Source: Polymyxa betae A26-41
Taxonomy: Eukaryota; Protista; Endomyxa: Phytomyxea
Direction: 5' to 3'
Assembly: GCA_003693705.1 (NCBI GenBank)
Contig: RBZT01000631.1
Coordinates: 1 to 64,000 of the forward strand
Length of the DNA: 64,000 bases
Both the position numbers and the translations under genes were made by a program. Shown piece by piece: positions 1 to 11,790 of the stretch (its first letter is position 1; every line of letters begins with the position of its first letter). The notes under the pieces are model-generated. The model saw nothing but the letters and a program-made list of their open reading frames with translations. It did not search any database and was not told where the DNA came from.

Positions 1-754
1 TCTCGTTATCGATGCCGTTCACTATCAAAGAAGTGACGGTGTTGGTGCTTCAGGTGATGACGCCCCTGTCGTACAGTTCCTTCTCGACTATCCTCAAATG
101 ATCGATAAGATGTATTTCCTCATTGACTATCTGCAGAGTCTGGTGGATTTTCATGCAAATCCTGGTGGTATTCTCATCGCTGACTTCGACAAGGTGCTCC
201 CTGATTCCAGCGATGAGGACAGCGATTGCGATCAGGACACTCGTCATCCGGTCTACCCATCCGATGTAGCAGCCCAGCTGCTGGCCGGTATAGTGGACCT
301 CGAGGACGGGGGAATGTCGCCACGACCCTGCATAGTCGAGCTGCCTCTGGTGGTTCTAACGCCCTCGCTTCTGAATCCGACCGAGCTGCAACCAACCTGG
401 GTGGAGACGCAGCTGCTTCGTGCCCGATCTGATCTACCGACATTCATCGAGGATGTCATGTTCATGTGTCAGCTGATCTTCACAAGAATTAATGAAAGTC
501 CAGCAGAACTTCAACGATGGGATCTCGTTATAAGATCACAGCCGGGACCGTGTCGTGAACTTTTCCAACCTAATAGTGTCCCAAGTCGTCTACAGCTTTT
601 ATCTCGTATGAGAATTCTGTATTGCTTATCATTGTGTATTAACTATTGATCTACAGGTCGTCGAGATTGGTTCAACGAGTTGCTGTCTCAGCTGATTCGA
701 AAGGAAAACTACAACTCCATCCCCGAACCGGGGGGCAGCTCGTCTCCAAGCTAA
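1..754 (+). CDS. Unknown family protein, copy A (5'-truncated by window edge; ankyrin-like helical family)
   Basis: Frame open from position 2 (LVIDAVHYQ...VQFLLDYPQMIDKMYFLIDYLQ) and clearly paralogous to 1417..2733 and 23376..24809. GT-AG intron 606-656 restores LSRRRDWFNELLSQLI; stop TAA at 752-754. Confidence 0.8.
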
Positions 755-1306
755 GGAGCCCGGGCGATACGCCGCTACTCTGCATTATTTCTAAAGATCT
801 ACCGGATCTGCTCCATCTACAAAGGAGGTTAAAGCCAGTTTAGAAACGAGGAGATTCTAATCCTAAACTCGCTGCCGAAAGGATTTCCAATCGCCATTGT
901 CTCAAGAACACGAGAATGAGTTGTTATTTTTTTCGAATTTAGCCGGAGGTAACCGCGCGTTGTTTTTCAAAAAATTGCCAAAGTGATTGACTGGATAAAA
1001 ACAAGATGGTTCATAAACAAGTTAAAACTGTGGAAGTCTTAGCTTACTTTCTGCCTTTCATAGACAGACACGCTGTATTCACTCGAACAAATCGGCATCA
1101 TTGCATTCACGCTTTTTTTTCGGAATTTGGAGGGAATGTGTGGCTTCAAATAACACGGTCGACGTCTGGCCGACATTCGCTCGATTTCTAGAACATTTGG
1201 TCTTTAGTTTACTCATCAACAAGCGACCGTATTTCAGGAATGCCGTTAAAAAAACCATGTAGTCCCAGCTGCGTTGAACGCAACACATTCGGGGGCCGAT
1301 TAGATC

Positions 1307-1435
1307 CCTCCAGATAGTCGCATCTCGATTCAACCAGTGATTGGATTGGACATGTGACAGTGCAACCTCCACAGATAGTCAGTCGCATTGCAATTCAACA
1401 AGTGATTAGATAGGCCATGTCACAGTGCAATCTCC
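1307..1435 (+). repeat. Diverged ~60-65 bp tandem duplication spanning the start codon of copy B
   Basis: cctccagatagtcgcat...gtgattggattggacATGTGAcagtgcaa is followed by cctccacagatagtcagtcgcat...gtgattagataggccATGTCAcagtgcaa. Confidence 0.8.
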
Positions 1436-2733
1436 TATACGATCGTCGAATTCCGCACCATGAGCTGTATCACCAAGCCCAGAAAGGCAATATCAAATAC
1501 CTGCGAGCCATTTACCGAAATGTGGGCTACATCCAGTATGACCAATGCATTACGCAGGTGGCCCTGTATAGGCATCATTACGACTTCTGGAACGAGTTCG
1601 TGCGGCTATCAAAACGGACCTTACCTAAAGGGAACTATCCCTGGGATGCTCGGCTTCAGGTTATTACCGATTTATTCATGGGTTATCGTGACCCCGATGA
1701 GCATTATCTCTATGATCTCTTCCGTCCACTATACGACGCCTTGTTGCTACCATCAACAGCTCCCGGTCAAGATCTTGCTTATGAACTTGAGGCTGATCTT
1801 TGTCTCGCCTTGGCCTTACACCCACCCCGTCGTTCAATACTCGACTATTTGACCGAACAGAAAGGATTCCGATTCAAGGCCCAGCACCTGGAGCTTGCTC
1901 AGCTGGCATTCGACCGCGACCTTGTTCATTACGTCCGAAATCTTCTGCATCCGGATTGTATCGATAGTGTGCCCGTCTCGCTTGCCGACCCAGAACCCAA
2001 CGACAGTGACCTCATCTGTATCATTCTGGATGCCGTCCGGGTCCAGTACCACGGCTGCGGCTACGACGCCGCTGTCCGGTTCCTTCTCGACTACCCGGTC
2101 ATGATCGACAAGATGTATTGTCTGCTTGAATATTTGCAGAGGCTACAGGGTCATGAGTCGACCTCGTCCAACGATGAGGACGGTGAGGGTGAGGACAGTG
2201 TGGACGAATTCCGCCCTGAGGAAGAGACACCCGAACCTTTCTATCGACAAGACCTGGCTCAGCAGCTAATCGCTGGCGTACTAGAACCCGATAGCGTCGA
2301 CAAGCCATTCCGCGAAGTCGTCAATGAATTGCCTCTGGAGGCGGTGAGACCGCTGAAAGAGCCGTTCTTACCGAACGCGATGTGGTCTCGACCGCCTTCT
2401 GATTCGTCAACCTGGATCGAGACACGTCTGTTTTGGTTGGCATCGGATTCTCCCACCATTGTTGAAGATATGCAAATGATATGCCAGCTTGTGTTTATCA
2501 TGGCAGATCAGGAGAATCCAGGTCTACAGAGATGGGATCTTGTCGATAAAGAGCAAGGACAAGATGTAGCACAATTTCAACCTGATTGCGTTCCAAATCG
2601 GGCACGATTCTTATCCGGTCGGCGACAATGGTTTCATGATCTCAGATCGCAGCTCGTCCAGCTCCACAGGACAGATCCTAATACGAAATCTACTCAGAAG
2701 GCACGTTATGAAAGACACTACAAGGGGCAGTAA
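1417..2733 (+). CDS. Unknown family protein, copy B (438 aa, intronless; degenerate ankyrin-like repeats, acidic linker)
   Basis: Long uninterrupted ORF. Shares blocks such as YPWDAR, FRFKAxHLELAQL, DPEPNDSDL, MIDKxY and LQRWDL with the other copies. Confidence 0.85.
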   Translation: MSQCNLLYDRRIPHHELYHQAQKGNIKYLRAIYRNVGYIQYDQCITQVALYRHHYDFWNEFVRLSKRTLPKGNYPWDARLQVITDLFMGYRDPDEHYLYDLFRPLYDALLLPSTAPGQDLAYELEADLCLALALHPPRRSILDYLTEQKGFRFKAQHLELAQLAFDRDLVHYVRNLLHPDCIDSVPVSLADPEPNDSDLICIILDAVRVQYHGCGYDAAVRFLLDYPVMIDKMYCLLEYLQRLQGHESTSSNDEDGEGEDSVDEFRPEEETPEPFYRQDLAQQLIAGVLEPDSVDKPFREVVNELPLEAVRPLKEPFLPNAMWSRPPSDSSTWIETRLFWLASDSPTIVEDMQMICQLVFIMADQENPGLQRWDLVDKEQGQDVAQFQPDCVPNRARFLSGRRQWFHDLRSQLVQLHRTDPNTKSTQKARYERHYKGQ

Positions 2734-3289
2734 TTGTTAGACATCATGAGAACATAACAGTGTTTGCATAAAGAGATGGAATCTTGGACTACTACAAGAC
2801 ACGGACAGACATCGCGAACGATGGTCGTCTGCATAGTCGTCTTGCTGATGAACAAAATCGTCAGACAAAGCTTGTTTAAAAAAACGAGTATCGATGCAGG
2901 ACCTGGCTGTTGATCAGGATGCCTTCATGATAACAACACCTCAATCTCCATAGATTTATACACTAAACCAAATCATTAGTCGATCGCCAATATTATATAC
3001 TGCATCGTCCATGCTTAATGGGAAAATGAAAAGGCAAATTGGATAACCAACGAAAACCTTCGCCGATTTGCAGGCAGCTCATTAAATGCGCATAAAGCAT
3101 TTCCTCTGACACAACAGATGAGCGCCTGCCTGATCGAATAAATTTCTCAGACCGTGCTAACAGTAAGGTTCACATTTCGTAACACCGACCGAATAAGTCG
3201 CAGAGGATCTCAATCACAAATTCGCCGATGTTCTCCTCTCTCGGTCGCTGGAATGAGGTCGCCCTCCATTGCAATAATACGCTGCTAAC

Positions 3290-4090
3290 ATGTTTTGCCA
3301 TCACGATCACGATCTCAGCTCGGTCGACGAACTCTTGCACCATGATGATTTCCGTCCTCTGGTGCAACTCCTTCGTCAATACTCGATAGCGCGCGAGTCC
3401 TACGAGGACGCTTTGACAAAAGCCCAGCGGAAACGCTCATGCTGTTTGTTTCAGCGTGGCGCCGAATCACGTCTCTCAACATTGCGATGCAACATCGACA
3501 GCATCCTTCAAATTTTAGAGCGACGAGCAATCATGATATCGCAGCGCGTGCATCGCTCGGATTGGGACGCGGTGGTGGACGATATCTTTGGGGCGGTACG
3601 GGACTTGCGCTTCTACCGTGGCGGTCTGCCGGTTTTGGAGTTCGACGATATTCTCCGCTATCTGCTGAATATTCGCCTGGAACGGGTTCAGCAGCGTCTG
3701 CTGCAGCTCTGGGACGATGACGGATATCTGTCGCATCACTCGGTAGATTGGGCACAAGAGGTCATGAAACTGCTCGATCACTATGACCGCCCCTTCATCT
3801 TCCATAGCATGCATCGCGACGATTTCGCAGCGTTAGCTCGTGAGTTCTACGCCATGTCTGGGCGTGAGCAGACTTGTCGAAACGACAAGCCGTGCGTTAT
3901 TTGTTTGGTCGACATTAATGACAAGATCGAATGGAGAACGTTCTGTCACAATCACGGGTGCGGAAATGCTTATCACGACTCCTGCATCAAAGACTGGGTC
4001 AGAACGAGAACATCCAGAGCGCTAATACCGACATGTCCCGTCTGTAATGGGATCTGGATTACAAGACGATATCGCACTGGATTCTTCTGA
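3290..4090 (+). CDS. C-terminal RING-finger protein (putative E3 ubiquitin ligase), intronless
   Basis: CVIC-x13-CHNHGCGNAYHDSCIKDW-x12-CPVC, a RING-variant/FANCL-like ligand spacing with the conserved Trp. Start codon uncertain. Confidence 0.75.
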   Translation: MFCHHDHDLSSVDELLHHDDFRPLVQLLRQYSIARESYEDALTKAQRKRSCCLFQRGAESRLSTLRCNIDSILQILERRAIMISQRVHRSDWDAVVDDIFGAVRDLRFYRGGLPVLEFDDILRYLLNIRLERVQQRLLQLWDDDGYLSHHSVDWAQEVMKLLDHYDRPFIFHSMHRDDFAALAREFYAMSGREQTCRNDKPCVICLVDINDKIEWRTFCHNHGCGNAYHDSCIKDWVRTRTSRALIPTCPVCNGIWITRRYRTGFF

Positions 4091-4288
4091 AAGTTGATAA
4101 AACTGCTGAAATCGTAAATTCAGCAGAAATAAAATAAGGCTACCTAGTGAAGCGTGCAAGCTTGGTGAATCGATAAAGTTATCAATGTGATCTCATATTT
4201 TAAAAGAATTGATTAGAAAGGGAGCCGGCTTCCAGAACGATGTGAAGAATTAAAGCCAGCACCCCATATAAAATCTAACAAAATGGTA

Positions 4289-7200
4289 TTAGCATACAGT
4301 CAATGGTAAAAGACGGACGCTTACGAAATGAAGACGTCTCCTGGCCAGCTTGCGCCATTGTTCAGCCTGGTCGACAACTTCGGCATCGTCCTGGATCTGA
4401 ATCGCTGGCGCCACTCGTGCATTCTTCCGGTTTACGACCGCATCTAGAAGTCCGTTGGTGACTATAAAGAACATCATATTAAATGAGATACAGATTAGCT
4501 TAGAACCGAATGAGAGGCGAGATAGGCTCCAAAGCAAGCGCAAGCTCGAAATAGAACGGAATATAAAAAAGAAAATGGTGAAACACACCAAACAACCGAA
4601 GATAAAGGATCTGCTCAGCCAACTGATAAAAACTTTGAAAACGCAGGACAATAAAGCACCTACAATGATGACTGCGACGTCGGGAGAGGTCTAAAGTCAC
4701 CTCTAATGACCTTCTTCGCTTCTTGAATGAGTTTCGGTACATGCGACCGCCATCAAGCGACAAGGCCTTTGAGGAACGTCGCCAGCGAGAAGGAACACAG
4801 CTCTGCAACGAAACCATTATGAACAAATCCCTGCACAGTTGAAAGCCAAAAGAAGCAGTTATCTCGATGGGCAGAATATGCGATCACCAAAACCTACCAC
4901 TCGAGCTAAACGAAAAAACTGAGAGCAAGCCGAAACTTCCCGAAGAAAATGGACGACGCAAACAGGAGCTCAAAGTGAAACGCATAATAATCATCACCTG
5001 GGACGAGAGCGATTCGCGGCTAGGAACAGGAATCGTCTCAAAATCAGCCAATTTCTCATCTGTCGGCCTTAAAGGCGAAAGCGGCGCCGCTTTTTGAATT
5101 CCATCGAATTCGTTGAAACTGAGATCGTCAGCAGGGTTCGCTTTTTCTAGATTTGACGAATCCTGTTTTTGAAACGATTCCATATCAATTTTCGACATCG
5201 TGATGTCGGCTCTCGCCACAGTCACACTTGCTGGAGTACAAGTCTGCGACAGATCCAGTTTCGGTTCATTGATCTTCGAGGAATCCGGGAGATACTTTGA
5301 AAGAAGTTTTTCAGACGACTGATCCCAGTCAGATATCATTGATTCATCATTTCTGGTCGAATGAGCACCAAGAGCAGGATGCGAACTATCATCACGCGAC
5401 CGATCAACTGGACCAGGACGACTCTCGGAACGTGATGTCACCGGAGAATTCAGTTCTATCTGAGGAATATCTACAGATGCGCTGTGATCGAGTTTGCATG
5501 AATGTCCCTCAGGTATCTGATGAACAGGCGCCGAAGATTGAGGTTGTAATAGATCAGCAGCGTGCAGAAAAGGCGATAACGTCGAATGCGGTTCGGCAGG
5601 ACAAGACTGATCAGTATCACGAAATGAACCGGAAGACGGCTGCAAGCCTATATCAGGGCCCGGACCATACAACAGGCTATCAGCATCAATGGAGGACTTG
5701 GCGGCTGAATCGATAGTGAATATCGGAGGAGCGACACAGAGTTGCTCTTTTAGAAGCGAGCTAGTTCTTTGTAACAGCTTTAGCTCGGTTTCCAAAGACG
5801 ACACAAAGACACGATTTAGTGATTCCTCGCGCTTGTGACCTTGAGACGACAACGACGGCCCTCTTCGAAGTGGCGATGGTTTGCGACTCGTAGTCGGAGA
5901 AACTGGCAGCGAAGGCGTCCTTTTATGTCCCAGCAACCTTGAAGGCGCCACTGATTTCAACAGAGATTCTGGACTCTTTCTGTGCAGATTCTCGGGGATT
6001 TCCCCTGGCAAACCCTCAGAGTTCTTCCTGGATGAAACCCTCGACGAAGCATTGGAGGTTTTCCCGGGACGAAGAAACAGCCGCATACTTTCGCTTTCAG
6101 GTGAGCATACGACGATTTCTCGATGCTTTTGATCGGAAGCATCGGCAATCGTTTGGTAATCGCTGTCATTCGGTGACAATGAAGACTGTCGAAGTGATGT
6201 CACGATCTCTTCTGTCTGGCACGATATATCTGATTGAGACTGAATTTCGTCACCGGTTTCATTATCCTTCACCGAAGGCAAATCCGCCAGAGCAGATATT
6301 TCAGCCAGCAGCACTGGTTCAGTTGCCTGCCTTCCTTTTTGAGATGTTTCTCTAAATCCGACAAATGACAAATCTTGAATCGAAGGTTGCCTCAGAACAG
6401 CACGTTCAGTTCGACCTGATGCATTGAGATTCATTCCCATCAAAGTCTGAACAGAAAAATTGCTGATACTCGGCGATGTAGTTTGCTGCGCTGATTCAGA
6501 CACAGAAGCTGATTCAATAACTGAAAGGATTTGAACAGCAGACTGAGTCAGACAGGAACTTCGTCCTGTTGGCAAAGGCAAGCCTGGAATAACGGTCGAT
6601 GCTGTCCGCATTGCACATCCAGCCGATTGTGTCTTTGCTTCTTTGCGGGAAGTTTCAGCTTTGAGAGTTGCCTCCACAGTCAAGAGGGGAATGACGTCAG
6701 TTTGCTTAAATTTTGGCCGATCTGTCTGTAGTGAGCGCTCGACGACTTCCTGCTGAGTTGTCTGTTCGGATGCTTCATATTTAGCAGCGGGCTTGATATC
6801 AGAGAGCACCTTGACATCTGTCTGCATAAAACGCGGCCGATCGGTCTGCAACGAGCACTCAATCAACTCCGGCTGGATTGTTTGTTCGGACGCTTCGGAT
6901 TTAGCAGCGGGCTCGATATCAGAGAGCACCTTGACATCTGTCTGCATAAAACGCGGCCGATCGGTCTGCAACGAGCACTCAATCAACTCCTGCTGGATTG
7001 TTTGTTCGGAAGCTTCGGATTTAGCAGCGGGCTCGATGTCTGACAGCACACGGACATCTGTCTGCAAAAATCGGGGGCAATCTGTCTGCAACGAGCATTC
7101 AACGGAGACCAGATGGAATGTTTGCTGCGACGCGTCTGTTCTGGAAACGGAATCCAGATCAGACAGTACAGTGACGTCCGTTTGCCTGAATTGCGGCCGA

Positions 7201-9726
7201 TCTGTTTGCATCGGGCGGTCAACGGACTCCTGATGCGACATCTGAATCGATGCCTCCGGTTTAGAAAGGACGTCAAAATCTGATAGTACAGTGATGTCCG
7301 TTTGCACAAATAGAGGTCGATCGGTTTGCAGCGAGCGGTCAACAGACTCATGCTGCGAAGTTTGCATTGACGCTTCCGCTTTAGAAGCGGAATCAACATT
7401 GGACAGTACTGTGATCCCCGTTTGCATAAACTCGGGAGGATCTGTTTGCAGAGAGCGCTCAAAAGACTCCTGCTGTAATGTTTGCTGCGATATTTCTGCT
7501 CTAGGAGGAGCCACCACATCCGCACCAACATTGATCTGGGTTTGTTGAAGGCGTGGACGATCTGTCTGAGATCCACTCGACATCATCTCTGCAACTGACG
7601 TCTGGGACGAGTTGGTCAATGTGGGTCTTTTAAATAATGACCGCTCAGGAGCAAACGATATCGCTTCGAGTTTTTTATCTAAATTTCGATCGGTTAAGGT
7701 AATTAAGCTCAAATATGATCAACATACCAATGGTGTGTTCATAATCACGATTTTTTAAGCAAGTCAAATTTACTCGATGGCATTCGCTTTCCAATTCCCC
7801 AATACGCAGATAGGCGGCTTCCAAAGCAGCTTCAGATATCAATAAATCAGACATTGAAAGGCCAAGGGATGAAGTTTATACCAATGGATTCATCACGTTC
7901 CTTAACCACATTGGATATAGTAGTATAAAGCAGCGATTCTGTATGCAATTAAGGCACACAAACTAGACGAATCGTTAAAAATACCAGCTTGGATTAGTGA
8001 AGCCACGACATCTCGGTATTTGCAAAATTCGCGCTGCGCTTTTTCATCATTATTAGAAGAAAGAGGGGCAGAGAGCCCTCCAGAGATACCGCTTTCGGCT
8101 GCGAAATATCAAGTTACTTCCAGGATGGACTCGTACCAATGAATGCAGCATACCTGAACCAGATAAACGCCGAGTTTCAGCGCCGGGGTTCGCTTTAAGC
8201 TCGGCAATCTTAAAACTGATCAGTTGAAAGAAGCTATAATCAGCTTCCGGGCAAACAGAAGGCAAAAATCCTAAACAAAGGAAACCAAGATTGAAAACTA
8301 TACCTGTTTCTCAAGTAGCTTGAACTGACGTTGATACTCGCGTTTGACCTAACAATGTAAATGATGTGGTTAAGAAACTCAATTAAGCAAACCTGTTCAC
8401 CCCAGGCCTCAGTATCGTTCAGCTTACAGTTCAAAATATCAATGGTGTTGGAGAGCGAGGCAGCGCGCTTCTCTGCTGCCCGAGCTCGTTCCTCCAGTTG
8501 TGTATCCCTCGAGCGAGACCAAACTGTAATAAGCTCAGAAATCATCAAACTTCGGAAATTGCAAACTCGCGTGCAACCAAAGCAAAAGCAAAAAAAGCAA
8601 AATAATATGCAGCAAACCTGCCATTTGTAATTCCTGAATGATCTGACGAAGTTGTGCGACTTCTGCCGATTTCGACCGAAGGCTGGTCTCCAGCTTAAGA
8701 ACCATATCGGCATCGTCAAAAACGTGGAGCACCGACTAGATGCAGACATGAGTTGAACAGTGATCGTATGTCTTCTTTCTTACAGAATTCGAGTACGTAT
8801 GAGTTTGAGATGATGCCGGCCTCATCTCATCTAGTATATTCCTTCTCTGTACAATGCAATTATGAGCACAATGTTGCAAACGCTTGCCCTTTTAAGAGGT
8901 CAAAGAATAAAACATTAAACACCGTCCTGCGACCATAATCATATTAACAATTGCAACATTGCTGTCGTAATAAAACTTGAAGCTTTTGGCGAACGCATTT
9001 AGTTCGGCTGCTTGGATGCTCGTTGATTGCAAAACAAAAAGCGATTCAAATGAATGCATTACTCTCGGTGAGGTATCACTAGCAGTGTCTTTGCAATCCA
9101 GTTCATCTCGAGGTGAGCTGACTGGCAAGCTCACAGACTACGAAGCGCTGTCAACATCACACTATGGCGCTCTATTTTGGCCCTATCAACCTTGATAAAC
9201 GGAGGAACCGCCGAGCTTCCTCGAAGAGACGCGAAATCGGTGCCTAGTATACCTGTACATGGAATGAGGATTATATTCTTAACGTTTTTAACAATTATAA
9301 TGCTGCCCAGATACTAAAATTTAAAACAGTATAGGTGATAAATCAAGGCTTAAGCGTAAGAAAATCGAAAGTATAAACTGTACATAAGCACACTAAAGTA
9401 AGGCATACGCTGAACAAAAAACGCTAATCATAGACAATTGTGTGCGATGGCTGGAACCAAAGTCCTTCAATCTCTGAATTGGAATTGAGAAAAACTGCAA
9501 CATATGCCATCAGGTCCAATTCTGCGAATACAATTTATTCGACAGTTTAATAACATTGAAAAATTAAATTGCCAACGACAACAGAAACCGTACAAGAAGA
9601 TGAAACAACACCGTTCGATAAACGGCGTTCGATACGCGTAAATCTCGACGATGCAGCCGATGACCGGCGACTAGACGTTGTGGAATCGGGCGGCGTCCAG
9701 AGCGCACCAGACGCCGCCGTGACCAT
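4289..9726 (-). CDS. Large multi-exon protein: N-terminal coiled coil, 40-aa QT-rich tandem repeats, Ser/Pro-rich disordered region, hydrophobic C-terminal segment
   Basis: 942-aa exon ORF 4884..7712, coiled-coil exons at 8240-8750 (LEERARAAEKRAASLSNTIDILNCKL) and a hydrophobic exon at 4500-4670. Both ends and exon linkage are approximate. Confidence 0.6.
6660..7580 (-). repeat. Coding tandem repeat, period 120 bp (40 aa), about 7.5 units
   Basis: tc(t/g)gt(c/t)tg recurs at 6721, 6841, 6961, 7081, 7201, 7321, 7441 and 7561. Units at 6781-7020 are nearly identical. Unit ~SLQTDRPRFMQTDVKVLSDIEPAAKSEASEQTIQQELIEC. Confidence 0.95.
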
Positions 9727-10327
9727 CAATCGACGTCGAACTGATTCAGTTCGGCAACAAGGAGCAGCAACCTGTCGAGGGCTGCGCCTAAATGCAAATC
9801 GTAACGTTTCTCAATGGGACAAACAGCCCTGAATTGTAAAAAGCAGTAGGCTGATTGCAGGTTTCACTTCGAGACCTTCGGATCGGTTCGCGGTTTGAGG
9901 GCACGTGGCAGATTCTTTAAAGTTTCTGCCGCTGTGCCGCATTCCGTTCAAGTTCCTTAATTCACACTCACGGTACTGCATTCGAAAGTCATTCGCATTT
10001 CGCTGGTTATATTGCGGGTTCTATAAACTGCAACAAACTGCCGACTGCAACAAGAATTTGTTTTTTATTTGAAGCGTTTCATGTCACCAAGAATCAAAGA
10101 ATTCACACAAAATCGGAGGAACGTTGGCAATTTGACTTTTGTAGAGGCCGCCCCGCTTTCCGAGATTTTCCGACTTCAGAAGCCGAGGTTAGCGCAGAGG
10201 CCGCGCTTAAGAGACGAAGAAGCGCAGCCTGGGTCAGGGACCTTCAGTCTTACCCGCTGCTCTTCGCCATCTTTCTTGACTCAGAGATCATAAACGAACT
10301 TCGGTATCGCCGTCAGAAACCATCAAT

Positions 10328-10672
10328 ATGGTAGGTTCTTTTCGTGATGTATCAGTGCAGCCATGCTGATTTGTCTCCAGAGTGGCAGCATGCGCAAGTT
10401 AGTAGTGGTATCTTCGTTGTATGCTGATCGTGTGTTAAAGCGGTTTTTATAGGCGTAGGACGGAGGGTAGTGGCAGCCAAGGCGGCCCAGGTGTCCTTCA
10501 GCTCCGGTCTGAAGCCAGCCAGGGAATGAAAATGTAAATCATCTTGCTGCTCGTTTTTGGCTTCAGTTTTGACTGGTCGTATAGCGGCCCAACTTCAGTT
10601 CTTGTTCTAAGCCTGCTATTTATCGGGTTCGTCGTCGTTTTGCACATTTGGGGCAAGTTCCGCCGAGTTTAA
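10328..10672 (+). CDS. SEC61B: Sec61 translocon beta subunit (62 aa, 4 exons)
   Basis: Exons 10328-10330, 10381-10397, 10453-10533 and 10585-10672 (189 nt) give MSGSMRKRRTEGSGSQGGPGVLQLRSEASQGMKIGPTSVLVLSLLFIGFVVVLHIWGKFRRV, with the canonical Sec61beta C-terminal anchor. Confidence 0.93.
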
Positions 10673-10783
10673 GTTATTCATCTTCATGAATTGCATATCT
10701 GTTTTGCCTGCCGAATCTGGAATACATTCCCCTACCATTATTCATCCGAAATTCAGTTAATCACTTTTTGTAATTCAGCTATG

Positions 10784-11566
10784 TTAAAATAGTCCTCCTA
10801 AGCCTCCTAAGCCTCCATTACCGCCGCCGGCTCCGCCTCCGCTACCATCTTGGTGCATACCCAAACCGCCAAACATCCCCCCGGTCATTCCAGCAAACAT
10901 ATCTTTTGCTGGGTTTCCTTTCGCGGCCCGACCTTCTTCAGCGTCGTTGTCCTTCTTGCGGCGTGCCGGTTTGGCCATGTCGCCAAATAAATTCTGAATG
11001 TCGTCTTTTTTCAGACCTTGGGCGGCTGGCGTCGTTGTCGCTGGAGGTTTGTTCGCTTCAGGATAGTCAGCTGATGAAGGAACCGGCGAGTCCGCCTTCG
11101 GATAAGATTGAGACGCTTTTGGCAGATGGCGGCTCGGCTTGGTGTCTTCTTTGAAGAATCGGTCATTTAACAAGCTTCCATTTGGCTTTCGTTCTGGTTT
11201 CTTTATGGGTTTCGGCGTCTTGGCTACCCGGTTCTTTTTGGGAGCAGGAGTAGTCGTAGGTGCGGTTGCATTCTTTGGTCTAGGGTCGCTTGGCGCTTTC
11301 GGCGACTTTTCTTTTTTGGTTGATTCGCGGGAAACTTCTACAGCCAGTTTCGCGTCATCCTTACTTTTCTGCTTCGCCTTCGGTTTTGATTTTACTGGTT
11401 CTTTGTTTCTAACAGATTGCTTGACCACCTCCTCAGATTCATCCGGTTGTTGTGCTTCGGATGGGTCATTAACGTCAAGCACGCCCTCTTGAGCTTTTTT
11501 AGCGCTAGCTGAAAGCGTCGCAGCTGTTGATAATAAAATCACAACCAGAAACGCCTTGTAAAACAT
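10784..11566 (-). CDS. Secreted Lys/Pro-rich low-complexity protein with Gly-rich tail (260 aa, intronless)
   Basis: Signal-peptide-like MFYKAFLVVILLSTAATLSASA, no Cys, two PxTTTPA motifs, C-terminal GGLGGLGGLF. Confidence 0.75.
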   Translation of the reverse strand: MFYKAFLVVILLSTAATLSASAKKAQEGVLDVNDPSEAQQPDESEEVVKQSVRNKEPVKSKPKAKQKSKDDAKLAVEVSRESTKKEKSPKAPSDPRPKNATAPTTTPAPKKNRVAKTPKPIKKPERKPNGSLLNDRFFKEDTKPSRHLPKASQSYPKADSPVPSSADYPEANKPPATTTPAAQGLKKDDIQNLFGDMAKPARRKKDNDAEEGRAAKGNPAKDMFAGMTGGMFGGLGMHQDGSGGGAGGGNGGLGGLGGLF

Positions 11567-11790
11567 TGATTATAAAATATTCCCATCCTGTCTTCGACCA
11601 ATGGAGTCACGCCTATTCTTGAAAGTTCAAAGTTGAATCAGTCGATGAATCCTGAGAATATCTGACAGCAAAATGTTAGGGCGCCGCAATATAAAAATGT
11701 TGGTTTTCGTCGCGGAGTCCGTGGGCGGCATTTCAGATCGCCATCCATTGTCGTCGTCGAGGCTAGCGCAAGGCGAATTTAACTGTCACC

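Noticed and set aside
6660-7580. Regularly spaced repeats as a possible CRISPR array
   Set aside because: Units are contiguous 120-bp in-frame coding repeats without unique spacers, in a eukaryotic gene with no cas genes.
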